In this document: one piece after another, positions 10,163 through 20,182 of the stretch
Numbering within the stretch: the first letter of the stretch is position 1
Layout: each line of letters begins with the position of its first letter
Source: Trichodesmium erythraeum IMS101
GTDB lineage: Bacteria > Cyanobacteriota > Cyanobacteriia > Cyanobacteriales > Microcoleaceae
Length of the DNA: 32,000 bases
Assembly: GCF_000014265.1 (NCBI RefSeq)
Contig: NC_008312.1
Span: 7,470,001 to 7,502,000, forward strand
Direction of reading: 5' to 3'
Translations under genes and position numbers: made by a program
Notes under the pieces: model-generated
The model's database searches: none
The model's input: only the letters and a program-made list of their open reading frames with translations
Told to the model about the DNA's origin: nothing

Positions 10163-11203
10163 TTATTTCAAAGGTCGCAATAATTCTGAGCGAAAATTTT
10201 GTCGAACTTGAATATTAAGATACCGTCTTTGCAAAACTTGCCATTTGCGCAAGGCTTTCTCTCGGCTGTGTTTTAGTTGCATAACTAAGTTGGGAAGAAC
10301 TTTCTCAATGTTAGTGTGCCAGATATTTTCCAGAAATTTTCTGATAATTGCACTATCTTGAATATCACCAAGATATTCTTGGAGTTCTTTCATATCTTTT
10401 AAATAAGCCTCATAAGTTGAACCATAAAATTCAGTAAACAAACTCATCTGGTAACGAACTCGCTTGACTTCCTTACGCAAACTATGTAGCCTTTCTTCCT
10501 CAGCATCACTAATATTTATAGCAGAAATATCATTATTAATTTTAATGACTTGATATTTGGAATTAGTTTTTTGTAGCAAGAAATTATGATTATCACTTGT
10601 TTCTAAATTCTCTTTTTCTACCCCTACTAACCAACCTGAATGAAGAAATAATTGACTAATTTCAGGTAATAATAAATCTGGTAATACTCCTTGAATGGGT
10701 AGTTGAGAAACATCTTTGTAAATTGGGTTATCTAGCCATTCCTGAAATTTCTGCTTATACATTAGATAACTCTGATGTCCAAGAATTTTTTGTACTTTCT
10801 TAAAAGCTTGATGACGCTGTTTTAGTAACTTTTGCAAAGCTTTATCTAGTTCGACTTGTTCTGAAGTAGGTAAATTTGGTTTGTATTGATTTTCTAGAGC
10901 TTCTAAAAGCACATCTAAATCCCTTAAACCTCCTAAACAATGAGCAATTTTACCAATTCTTTGATTTTTAGCAGCTTTTGGCAAAGCTACAACAGGTCTA
11001 AAACCTTTAGCTGCAAAGCGCAAACGACGCATACCTATCCGCATTTGATGGAGTTGTTCTGGATCTTGATCTTTAAGTACCTCTGCTTCATGTTTGAGAG
11101 TTTTATAAAAATACTTTTTAAACGCTAAGGATGCCCAGTCTCCAAGGCTATTGATTTTCGGTGATACTTGTGTAGTCATAATTAATTGAAACCCTAACTT
11201 CAA
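10163..11203 (-). CDS. CHAD domain-containing protein
   Basis: Two CHAD-type helical halves carry the conserved HQMRIGMRRLRFAAKGF and LHSLRKEVKRVRYQMSLF motifs. The start may be the Met at 11179. Confidence 0.8.
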   Translation of the reverse strand: MKLGFQLIMTTQVSPKINSLGDWASLAFKKYFYKTLKHEAEVLKDQDPEQLHQMRIGMRRLRFAAKGFRPVVALPKAAKNQRIGKIAHCLGGLRDLDVLLEALENQYKPNLPTSEQVELDKALQKLLKQRHQAFKKVQKILGHQSYLMYKQKFQEWLDNPIYKDVSQLPIQGVLPDLLLPEISQLFLHSGWLVGVEKENLETSDNHNFLLQKTNSKYQVIKINNDISAINISDAEEERLHSLRKEVKRVRYQMSLFTEFYGSTYEAYLKDMKELQEYLGDIQDSAIIRKFLENIWHTNIEKVLPNLVMQLKHSREKALRKWQVLQRRYLNIQVRQNFRSELLRPLK

Positions 11204-11861
11204 TTCAACGTTTTACTAGTAGTACTTAAACATCTTCTGGTTAAAAAATTCATCAAAGTAATTATAGACAAGGGAATTACCTTGATACCATAAGGCTATG
11301 ACAAAAACTTTTGCTTCCACGCAGGTCTATACCTTTTTAATGTAAAATAGTTGAGTTGTCTTTTTTGAGTCTATTTTTTTGCTCCAGTGACTGTTTAAGT
11401 ATAAATAATACTGTGAATTAATTATAATAACATTTATTGTTGCTTATTAACAATTTGTTTTGTTCAATTATCATACTTTACTGCTAAACCAGTCAGTCGC
11501 AGTTCTATTTATTCAAAGCTACGATTTACTCTTATTCCCCCACTGTTAAAAATATTTTGATCTGTACTTTTAGAAAAAAGTAAAATATAATCGTCTCTCT
11601 CCTATATTTAGAATAAGTTCTACCTAAGTTTAACCCCAGATAAAATCCGATTTGCTGTTTTGCATTTAAACTGTGATCATGGCATCATCTTTATTTGTTA
11701 GATATCTATTTTTATAACCAATTAATTTTTCAAAGTTTATGCAACAAAAGTTATAATTCTGGAATTAATTTAAACAGTCCATGAACAATATACTTTTTCA
11801 CTGGTGTTGCATTATAGAAAATGATATTCTAGAATTTTATTAAGAAATGGATTTTCCTTAT

Positions 11862-12996
11862 TAGACATCTCCAAAAATACTCAAACATTTATCCTAACTA
11901 TCTTTAGTGGTGCGATCGCTACTTATGAAGATAGTTAATTTGTACAGTTTTATGGGCATCAGAGATACTTCATGTTACTAATTCAAATATTTATTGTACT
12001 TTGATTTATTATTTTTATCTCGGCTTTTGATGGTTTATACTAATATAAAAGAGCCAATTCTTAGTCACACTAAACCACATATTGTTAAGATTACTTTTTG
12101 ATAATTATTATCTTTTAATCTGAATCTTTCTCTAGCAATTGTAAATATTTTAATTAATCTTATTATATGTTCTACAAATATTCTCTTTCTGGCTTTTTCT
12201 TGATTTTCTTCTTTGATTTCTAGCGGCATTTCTTTTTTTCTTGGTTTCTTTTTTGGTGTAGTAGTTCTTTCTACTCCTTCATCAGCTTTATCTCCTTGAA
12301 ACCTTTGTTTTTTATCAAATTTATCCTGTTGTTTTCTTAATATTTTTACATCACTTACTGGACCTTTTTCTCCTACTATTACATCTACTATTTCTGTTCC
12401 TTTTGGTGTCGTTATTATTTGATTTTTAAAAGTATGATTTTTCTTTTTTCATATTTGATATTTTTCTTGGTCTTTATATTCACTTGGTCTTTCTCTACTT
12501 TGTTCTGTACTATCTACAATTAATTCTAATTCTGTTAATATCTCCTTTACCCATTCCAATTCATTTTCTTTTTTTTTTACTTGTTCTAATAAACTTGCTG
12601 GCAGTAATTCTCTGAGAATATCTATCCAGTAATGAAAAATATTATTAGCACTTGATTCACTTATACCAAAGTTAATTCCTAATGTTTGAAAACTTGGTAT
12701 TTGATGTAAATAAAATAACGTTAAAATTATTTCTTCTTCCTTTGTTAAATTCTTTTTTCTGACTCCACCTGCTTTAATTAATCTTTTTTCTGTTTTGGCG
12801 ATCGCCTCCTTTTTCTCTGATTCTATTACTTGGGCCTTTGCTATTAATTTTATTAGCTGTTCATAAGTAATGCCAATAATTCTTTTTGTTTCTTTTGGAT
12901 GATTATAAATATATTCTAAAGTTGGATTCATTTGGGAGACTTTATACATAAATGGTTTTGATAATTTTACCTTATTTTCTATTTTGGAGATGTTTA
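11862..12996 (-). mobile_element. DDE_Tnp_4-type insertion sequence (second family), nearly intact
   Basis: Termini are TAGACATCTCCAAAA (11862) and TTTTGGAGATGTTTA (ends 12996). A single transposase frame fills most of the element. Confidence 0.65.
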
Positions 12997-13003
12997 TTGT
13001 CAA
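12065..13003 (-). pseudogene. DDE_Tnp_4/HTH_Tnp_4 transposase interrupted by one in-frame TGA (12446-12448)
   Basis: The N-terminal part (ORF 12449-13003) reads ...LTKEEEIILTLFYLHQIPSFQTLGINFGISESSANNIF...LIVDSTEQSRERPSEYKDQEKYQI. After the TGA the same frame continues as KKKNHTFKNQIITTPKGTEIVDV...FQGDKADEG...RKRIFVEHIIRLIKIFTIARERFRL to a stop at 12065. The likely real start is MNPTLEY at 12931. Confidence 0.75.
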
Positions 13004-13009
13004 AGCTAT

Positions 13010-13420
13010 AAAGTAATAAAAAAAAAGGCCATCGTCAGGTAAAACAGAGTTATTTGTGTTGTGAGTGTGGCGGTTAATGTGTGAAAAACCCCTGTTTGAT
13101 CAGTTATAGTTATAGTCTTAAAGAGTTTTGCAGAAAAATATCCCTCAATAGTTTATGATTCCGAGCCATTGAGAAAGTGACTGTTATTTCCCACAACATG
13201 GTGCTTAACTAGGTATAGCTGGCAGAAACACATATTCAAACTAGAAAACTTTAGAGATCCTGAAATTGCTCACCTTTGATGAACTGCAAAATGCGTTTTA
13301 GCTCAAAAAAACAAAATTTGGATCTCAATAGTCGTAAATATCCAAATAACAGGAATTCTAAAGTTTATAACAGGCGATGACTCTGCCGTTACCTTTAGAC
13401 TTATGAGTTAAATGGTTATA
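13010..13420 (+). pseudogene. IS1-family transposase relic, copy 2 (truncated at both ends by other IS)
   Basis: The stretch ...GHRQVKQSYLCCECGG.CVKNP... (zinc-finger region) then ...FRAIEKVTVISHNMVLN... and ...KKTKFGSQ... parallels 3020-3250 and 31785-32000. Confidence 0.45.
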
Positions 13421-13439
13421 CTAAGTAGCGATCCCCAAG

Positions 13440-15638
13440 TATTTAACCAACAGGTAGGTAAATGTCATATTCAAGCATTGTAAAAGATTAATAATGGATT
13501 CTGATTGAACCGTTATTGCCAAAAAAAAAGAAAACTTGCCCTATACATAGAGAAATCTATTGAATAACAGGGCTAATTGATAAAATTAGAAATGTATTGT
13601 ACTTTCAAGTCAGTCAACAAGTTAAAAAAAAGGGGTCCAGAACAACTGTAATAATTATTGATTTACAAGCAGTAAAAAATACCTGTAATGCTAGTGTAAA
13701 GTCCAATGGATTCCATTCTGTTTCTTGTAAGCTACTAATGGAATTTAGGAAACACTTAGCAATATATAGCTTAGGCTTTCTTTTTTTTTTATCCGTAGGA
13801 TATGTGTCATCACAAACTGATGATGACGAGGGATTAATTGAAATGTTGTCAGATAATATTGACTACTTTAAACCTAAACCTGTAAACATTCGTAAAATAG
13901 ATATTTTACTTAATCAGGACTTACGCAAAGACACTATATATAGCGCATGACAACTTCGACGAACTTCACTATAGTCATGTGCGTTAGCGGAGCTTTGCGT
14001 TAGCAATCGCCTAACTATTTTGACTCAAAAAACCTTGAGTTTTTCAAGTCAAATAACTTTCATTTTAATTGAAGGATTTTTCAATTGATCCCTTAGATAT
14101 TTTGATAATAATTCATGCTTAACTTGATAAATACTTTTGCCTATTTTAGTAGCAAATCTTTTGAAGAAGTTCCACACTAACATTGCACAAACAATATGAT
14201 TTTTCTGAATTATTCGCAGACGACACTGACAAAATCCTCAACCTGTTAATTGCTTAATTTCTCTATTAAATTCTTCGATTTTCCATCTAGTTTGAGATTC
14301 AAACTCTACATCATAAGAGTGATGATTGAGTCAAGTCATTAGTGACAATATATTCTGCTGAAGTTGGCAGATACACCTAATCCAAAATATTTTCACCTTT
14401 TGGCAGAGTGGAAACCCTTTAATTAGAATTATTTTTCCTGACTTTTTTTCAGCTTCATTCCAATTTAAATCTTGAACTTTTTTGTATTTTTCTGCACCTC
14501 GTGTATCATCAACGCGCGCGATTACTTTTTAAAGGACAGTAGTAAATTTTTCTATCATTATCTATTAATCCCATTAATTTTTGTGTTGCATACCCAAATC
14601 CATTAATACTGTTTTAAATGGTATTTTCTTATTATTTATGGCATTAAGTATCATTTCTTCAACACTCTTCTATTTTTGTTTTCTTGTCAGTATCTGGGTC
14701 ATAAATTCTATAATCTATAATCCATAATTGTTCATTTTGGGGATTAAAATATACACAATTAACTATTCCAAGACCCACGAACTTCGCAGCTGATAGAACG
14801 CAAACAACTTGATGAACCTATACCACTATATTGTCCTCGTGTAAGTTCAATATTATATCCATACTTTTTATTAATTACTGTGTCATCAAAAATTAAATAA
14901 GCTTCGGTATCACCAAACAAATTCTTCTTGAACATTTCGCCATAAATCTTCTGAATTTAAAGACTCTGCTCTTAAATAGCGATTTATTGTATCATGGCTA
15001 ATATTTTCACTCTGGATTTGCGGCGTAGCGTTATAGTAAAATTTGTGTGAGATTTAAGTAAATATTGACAGTAGTCAACAAAATTAAAATTCATATTTTT
15101 GAACTAATATAATCCTGTCATTATCATCTAATAATTAAAGCTTTTTAGCAAGTTAATTTAACCTAATTGTAACTTTGTTTAAAGATACATTAAAAGTAAT
15201 ATCTATCTGAAAAAAAACTAATTATAGTATGGAGAATTTCATATCGACAGTACGCTATATATAGCGTACTTGCGTAAGTCCTGTTAATAATGGATACCAC
15301 TGCGAAAAATTTATACAGAAGTTAAAGAAAATTTACTCAGCAATTTATGACCAAGATTAAATTTCAACTGTCCCCCAAACTATCAAAAGTGGAGAAAGAA
15401 AAAGGAGGAAAAATGGGATTGGTTCCAGTTAAAACGATATAGGTTATACAAAAAACTTACCTTCTGGATGGAAAGATGTTTGAGACTAAAAAAATTTGAT
15501 GGGAACTCACCGAAAAGGCTATGGCCTACTATTAATCTTTTTTGATACAACTAATGCTCAAAAGATTAGCTTCAGGAAGCAAGTGCGACAGCTATATCCC
15601 CTAAGTTTTAAAGATCCCTGTAGGAGTTTTATAGTAAG
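13440..15638 (+). pseudogene. IS5-family transposase relic, copy 2 (internally deleted, split by IS copy at 13915-15283)
   Basis: MSYSSIVKD..WILIEPLLPKKKKTCP (13462) is followed by ORF 13597-13950 (...TTVIIIDLQAVKNTCNASVKSNGF...GLIEMLSDNIDYFKPKPVNIRKIDILL). After the insert it resumes NNGYHCEKFIQKLKKIYSAIYDQD... The 3' end (AGCTATATC..AGATCC..GTTTTATA) is shared with 1761-1810. Confidence 0.7.
13915..15283 (-). mobile_element. 1,369-bp IS4/IS701-like insertion sequence, copy 2
   Basis: Same ends as copy 1. A 5-bp direct repeat TTAAT flanks it (13910-13914 and 15284-15288). The uninterrupted homologous site is in the paralogue near 365-375. Confidence 0.85.
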
Positions 15639-15701
15639 GAATTTCTTATTTTAACTTAATCAGGTATAGTATCAAAAGTAAGTAATATCTGGAAAAACAG
15701 A

Positions 15702-16523
15702 ATGAAAATTGCAATTATTGGTTGTGGTTATGTAGGCAGTGCAGTTGCCAAGTTGTGGAGTCAGAAAGGTCATAAAATGATTATAACTACTACTACTCCT
15801 GAAAGAGTTTCAGAATTACAAAATATAACACAACAAGTAGTAGTAATGAAAGGCAATGACTTTAACGCAATGAAGGATGTATTGCAAAATCAAGAAGTAG
15901 TATTGTTGAGTGTAGGCGATCGCTATCGTACTGGGTACAAACAAACTTACCTAGAAACTGCCGAAACTCTCTTAACTGCCTTAAAAAAAACTCCTACTGT
16001 CAAACAAATAATTTATACAGGTAGTTACTCAGTTTATGGTGATAAAAATGGTGAGTGGGTAGATGAAAATTCTTCTGTTACCCCTGCTACTGAAGGTGGA
16101 AAAATTCTCCATGAAACTGAGCAGGTGTTATTATCGGCATCCACTCCCCAGCAACGAGTGTGTATCCTGCGTTTAGGAGGAATTTACGGACCAGGTCGGG
16201 AGTTAGTGAAAATTTTTAGTAGGTGGGAAGGCCAAACTCGCCCCGGCAGTGGGAATGATGTCACAAACTGGATTCATTTAGATGATATTGTGGAAGCATT
16301 GGAGTTTGCTAAGAAGAAACAGTTGCAGGGTATTTACAATTTGGTGAATAATGTACCGATGATAAGTCGAGAATTACTTGATGGTTTACACAAATATCAG
16401 GGTTTAGGACAGATTTATTGGGATGACTCCACTTTTTCAACACGTCCTTTTAATGCTAGGGTATCAAATCAAAAATTGAGAAATGAAGGTTTTGAGTTAG
16501 TTCATCCCGAAATTGTCTTTTGA
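15702..16523 (+). CDS. NAD(P)-binding SDR-family oxidoreductase / epimerase-dehydratase-like protein
   Basis: N-terminal Rossmann motif MKIAIIGCGYVGSAV, plus YTGSYSVYGD and LRLGGIYGPGR motifs. The ORF is intact at 273 aa. Confidence 0.75.
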   Translation: MKIAIIGCGYVGSAVAKLWSQKGHKMIITTTTPERVSELQNITQQVVVMKGNDFNAMKDVLQNQEVVLLSVGDRYRTGYKQTYLETAETLLTALKKTPTVKQIIYTGSYSVYGDKNGEWVDENSSVTPATEGGKILHETEQVLLSASTPQQRVCILRLGGIYGPGRELVKIFSRWEGQTRPGSGNDVTNWIHLDDIVEALEFAKKKQLQGIYNLVNNVPMISRELLDGLHKYQGLGQIYWDDSTFSTRPFNARVSNQKLRNEGFELVHPEIVF

Positions 16524-16898
16524 GGAGGGAAGGAGGAAGAAATAAGTTCAAATCTGGTAGCATTAGTATAATTAAATAGTTAATTAGGGGTCACAACCCA
16601 GAACTTAGAATTTGGGAGGGAAGAGAACTTAGGAGTATTTGTAGGCTCGGCTGAAGGTAAAATATTTTTGGAAGCCGAATTAAGCAGATTTGATACAAAT
16701 AAAATAAGGTAAATAATGATAGAGATAGGTAGGTTACCCTGATTCTATAAGGACTTTCATTACAGAAATTTATAGCTTAACTCCAAGTGTACAATTGTCT
16801 GATTAAATTGTTATGAGTTAATAATTTCCTATAGTATAAAAACTACTCCCCTACAAATTTACTTTTGTATTTTAACTTTTCACCTTTGATTAATTAAT

Positions 16899-17903
16899 AT
16901 GGATTTATTACGATCGCTACCTTTAGGATTATATCTAGAAAAACCCATAACATGGCTACATAAACTTGACCCTAGAGTTAAATTAATCTGGCTAATGAGT
17001 TTTCTTCTCAGCCCTGTTTTAGGTAGTTCTTCATGGCGTTTAATATTAGTCGCAATATTAATTATTTTAACATTTACTGCCTCAATTCCTTTACGAGTTT
17101 GGCAAAAACAAATGGGTTGGTTATTAATGTTCTGTTCTTTAATATTTGTTATGAGTGCAGCGATCGCTCCTGATGGACTTTCAATTAACTATCAACCACG
17201 CTTACCAAAAGATGAACTAATTTTTGCTCAACTAACCCCTAACTTAGAATTAGCATCAGAACCAAAAACTTGGAAAAACATTTTTGAAATATTCGGAAAA
17301 GAAACTGTTCCACAAACGGTAAGAGAAAGCCCAAAATTAAATAAGCTACCTCAACCCACCTCTTATAGCTACATCATTTTTCAACAAAATCCAATTACCA
17401 TAACCCGTCGTTCAGTAGATTTAGGCATTCGTATTGCCACTTTATTATTTACAGTTATTTATAGTACTAACCTGTATCTTTTAACTACAGCCTCAGAGGA
17501 AATTACAGCAGGTATAGAATATCTCATGGGACTTCTCAATAAATTCAACTTACCTGTAACTGAAATAAGTTTAACTTTAACTCTATCTTTAAGATTTATA
17601 CCTTTAGTTTTAGAGGAAATACAAAATTTAGTTCGTTCTGTTCAAACTAGAGCAATTAATTGGAAAAAATTAGGACTCCGACAAGCTTCTCAGGTATGGC
17701 TAATAGTAGTAGAAAGATTATTAGAAAATTTGTTATTGCGAGCAGATCAAATTGCTAGTGCAATGAAAGTACGAGGTTTTACCACTCCTAACACACATAA
17801 AGTAGAATGGCACAATCTAAAGTTAAAGCCATTAGATTTGATAGTATTGGGTAGTTTAGTGTTATTCTGGTGGTTTAGGTTGGCTTGGGGAGGACAAAGT
17901 TAA
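16899..17903 (+). CDS. ecfT: Energy-coupling-factor transporter transmembrane (T) component, CbiQ/EcfT family
   Basis: Polytopic protein with an LDPRVKLIWLMSFLL start and a C-terminal ...TLSLRFIPLVLEEIQNLVRSVQTRA...ASAMKVRGF coupling-helix region typical of EcfT/CbiQ. It has a ~70-aa hydrophilic insert in the middle. Confidence 0.7.
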   Translation: MDLLRSLPLGLYLEKPITWLHKLDPRVKLIWLMSFLLSPVLGSSSWRLILVAILIILTFTASIPLRVWQKQMGWLLMFCSLIFVMSAAIAPDGLSINYQPRLPKDELIFAQLTPNLELASEPKTWKNIFEIFGKETVPQTVRESPKLNKLPQPTSYSYIIFQQNPITITRRSVDLGIRIATLLFTVIYSTNLYLLTTASEEITAGIEYLMGLLNKFNLPVTEISLTLTLSLRFIPLVLEEIQNLVRSVQTRAINWKKLGLRQASQVWLIVVERLLENLLLRADQIASAMKVRGFTTPNTHKVEWHNLKLKPLDLIVLGSLVLFWWFRLAWGGQS

Positions 17904-18487
17904 AAAAAAATAAAATATACATTATGATTTATGGCTAGGAAATTGAACTAGGACAGCCTACGGTTCAATTATTATGGCCTACAACGGTAGAGGTCGCTCC
18001 CGGGAGTAAATTTTTGCCGTGCTACATTGGTAGCCTTATCTATATAAGTAATTATCTGATATTATTATATAATAGTAAAATAAAATTTTTGTGAAAAGAG
18101 CTGTGAGATACTTAGTTTTAGTTTCTGATTAATATTGTTAATATTTTTCAGATCAAAATTGCAGATTGAGATTCATAACTAAATGTCAAACAATAATAAT
18201 TTTCAGAAAAAATAATATATTACAGATATATTTCTTTACTAAAAGTATTTAAGAAAATGGCGTTGGTTTGGAAGGGGATGAAGTTTCTCTTTTAGGGACA
18301 ATTAAATTTTAGTTGTCCTCAACGGGATAGGCAAGAAAGTTCTACTCCTGCAGATAAATCATCATCATCAATTACTAACGTCAAGAAAGTAAAAAAGTCT
18401 AAAATCTAAAATAAGAGGGTCTGTCAATTGACAAAGGCCACTAAACTCCTTGCAAATTTTGTGATTATCTGCTGATTTTAAGCCTAA

Positions 18488-18775
18488 ATGACCAACGAAA
18501 CTTACATGAACCATCCTAATTTTGGCCTTTTATATAGGGTGTGCTTAATTGAGATTGAGAACAAGAAAAACAAGAAAGAATTGTTTACAACGCTTTATGC
18601 TCAACGCTTATTTTTTTTAGTAGTGACTAATGAAATAGGTGTTATAAAATTTGAACCAGTGAGTCGCTCCGACGCACGCTTAATGGTAGAAATTCGTCTT
18701 CGCCTGCTACGTCGTAATCGTCAAACGGATGATTACCAAAAGCTCCAGCAGGTTCACAAAAATACTTTTCAATAA
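18488..18775 (+). CDS. pipX: PII-interacting protein X (PipX)
   Basis: YMNHPNFGLLYRVC...ELFTTLYAQRLFFLV...FEPVSRSDARLMVEIRLRLLRR...YQKLQQVHKNTFQ matches the PipX family end to end, from memory of the Synechococcus and Anabaena proteins. Confidence 0.9.
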   Translation: MTNETYMNHPNFGLLYRVCLIEIENKKNKKELFTTLYAQRLFFLVVTNEIGVIKFEPVSRSDARLMVEIRLRLLRRNRQTDDYQKLQQVHKNTFQ

Positions 18776-19261
18776 TACTCCTTGGTCAGTTATCAGTACC
18801 TCTGGAGGAAAAGAAATGAAGTTGTCCTACCAAGACAAATTACGTTCAATAAAAAGTCAAGTAGAAACAATAGATAAAACCCTGGAAATGCTGAGACTTT
18901 AATATAATTAAATGTTTTGGCTGTCACCGACATCAAAGGCTCAAAGATTTGATTAGTGGGAATAAAATTGATATTCAATGAATGCTTGTCCTTAATTGAT
19001 ACATTGGACATGACTTAAATGCTTCAATTAATGCCAAAAATCAAGTCAAGGTTTTACTAAAAGATTTTATTACCAACACCAAATTTTGAAGGATATAAAG
19101 GAGTTCAATAGAATTCATACCTTTTGAATGAATTGCACGAAGCAGTTGGGCATTTCTTCTTGGCTCGGTTAACTTACTCGCCAAGAAGCCTAGCCCATAT
19201 TCTTGTAATCAGCTATTGAGTATGTCACTATAAATAGAATATTCTTAAGTCTAAAGATGAA

Positions 19262-19942
19262 ATGGTTGAGTCAATTGCTGAACGTATTACCAACATTAAA
19301 TCTAATTTACCTAAGTCAGTACGGTTAATTGCTGTAACTAAACAGGTATCAGTTGATACTATTCGTACTGCCTATGCAGCAGGAATACGAGATTTTGGGG
19401 AAAATAAAGTTCAAGAAGCAGAAGCAAAGCAAGCTCAACTACAAGATTTACCAGATATTACCTGGCACTTAATTGGCCACTTGCAAAGTAACAAGGTAGT
19501 AAAAGCCTTAAAGCAGTTTCAATGGATTCATTCTGTAGACAATTTGAAACTGGCCAAACGCCTTAATGCTCTAGCAGAACAGTTTTGTTATAGTCCCAAT
19601 ATCTGTCTGCAAGTTAAAATTTTGCCTGACCCTAACAAATATGGGTGGACAATAACAGAATTAATGAGTGATTTGGAAGAGTTAAATCAATGTCAACATC
19701 TGAAAATTAAAGGTTTAATGACTATTCCACCCCAGGGATTAGACGATTTACAAACTCTATCCGTATTTCAGAAAACTAAGGAGTTAGCTCTCGAAATTAG
19801 GGAAAAGAATTTTTCTCACCTAAAAACCCAAGAGCTTTCAATGGGAATGTCAGAAGATTATAATTTAGCTATATCTGCCGGTACTACTATTGTGAGACTA
19901 GGTAGAATTTTATTTGGCGAAAGAAAGAATAAAAAAGACTGA
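19262..19942 (+). CDS. pipY: YggS/PLPBP-family pyridoxal-phosphate homeostasis protein (PipY)
   Basis: LIAVTKQVSVDTIRTAYAAGIRDFGENKVQEA, WHLIGHLQSNK and LSMGMSEDYNLAISAGTTIVRLGRILFG. It sits downstream of pipX and upstream of sepF-proC, as in other cyanobacteria. Confidence 0.9.
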   Translation: MVESIAERITNIKSNLPKSVRLIAVTKQVSVDTIRTAYAAGIRDFGENKVQEAEAKQAQLQDLPDITWHLIGHLQSNKVVKALKQFQWIHSVDNLKLAKRLNALAEQFCYSPNICLQVKILPDPNKYGWTITELMSDLEELNQCQHLKIKGLMTIPPQGLDDLQTLSVFQKTKELALEIREKNFSHLKTQELSMGMSEDYNLAISAGTTIVRLGRILFGERKNKKD

Positions 19943-20182
19943 TACTTTATCTAAGATAACTTAAAAAAATATAGTATACTATCAAACGGGTTAAAAAAGT
20001 CAAAATATGGGTTGGTTATATCTTATTTATTGGATTTACTAAATAATCCACGCAATTTTAACCTGTTAATATGTAAAAAATAACGTTTTATTTAATTGTA
20101 ATAATTATATTATTTTATACCTGAGTTTATAGATTAACAAGAAGTAAAAGAAAAACGGAAAAAATAATTGAATAGTTAACTA

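Noticed and set aside
10940-11128. 62-aa ORF on the + strand
   Set aside because: It is antisense inside the CHAD gene and low-complexity. It is a shadow ORF.
8548-15283. Composite transposon formed by IS copies 1 and 2 carrying the CHAD gene
   Set aside because: Each copy has its own matching 5-bp duplication (ATAAT/ATAAT and TTAAT/TTAAT). This indicates independent insertions rather than movement of the whole 6.7-kb unit.
17935-18050. Relatively GC-rich patch downstream of ecfT as a possible tRNA or small RNA
   Set aside because: No cloverleaf can be drawn and there is no T-loop (GTTCGAATC-like) motif. Only 4-6-bp stems are present.
18793-19011. 72-aa ORF on the - strand between pipX and pipY
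   Set aside because: It has AT-driven low-complexity (F/L/I/N-rich) composition, no RBS that I could see and no family resemblance. The short + strand sORF with a GGAGGA is the better, though still weak, candidate in this spacer.
19945-19975. AT-only palindrome TTATCTAAGATAA right after the pipY stop as a terminator
   Set aside because: The stem contains a single G:C pair per arm and is very weak. It could equally belong to the left end of the TnpB element.
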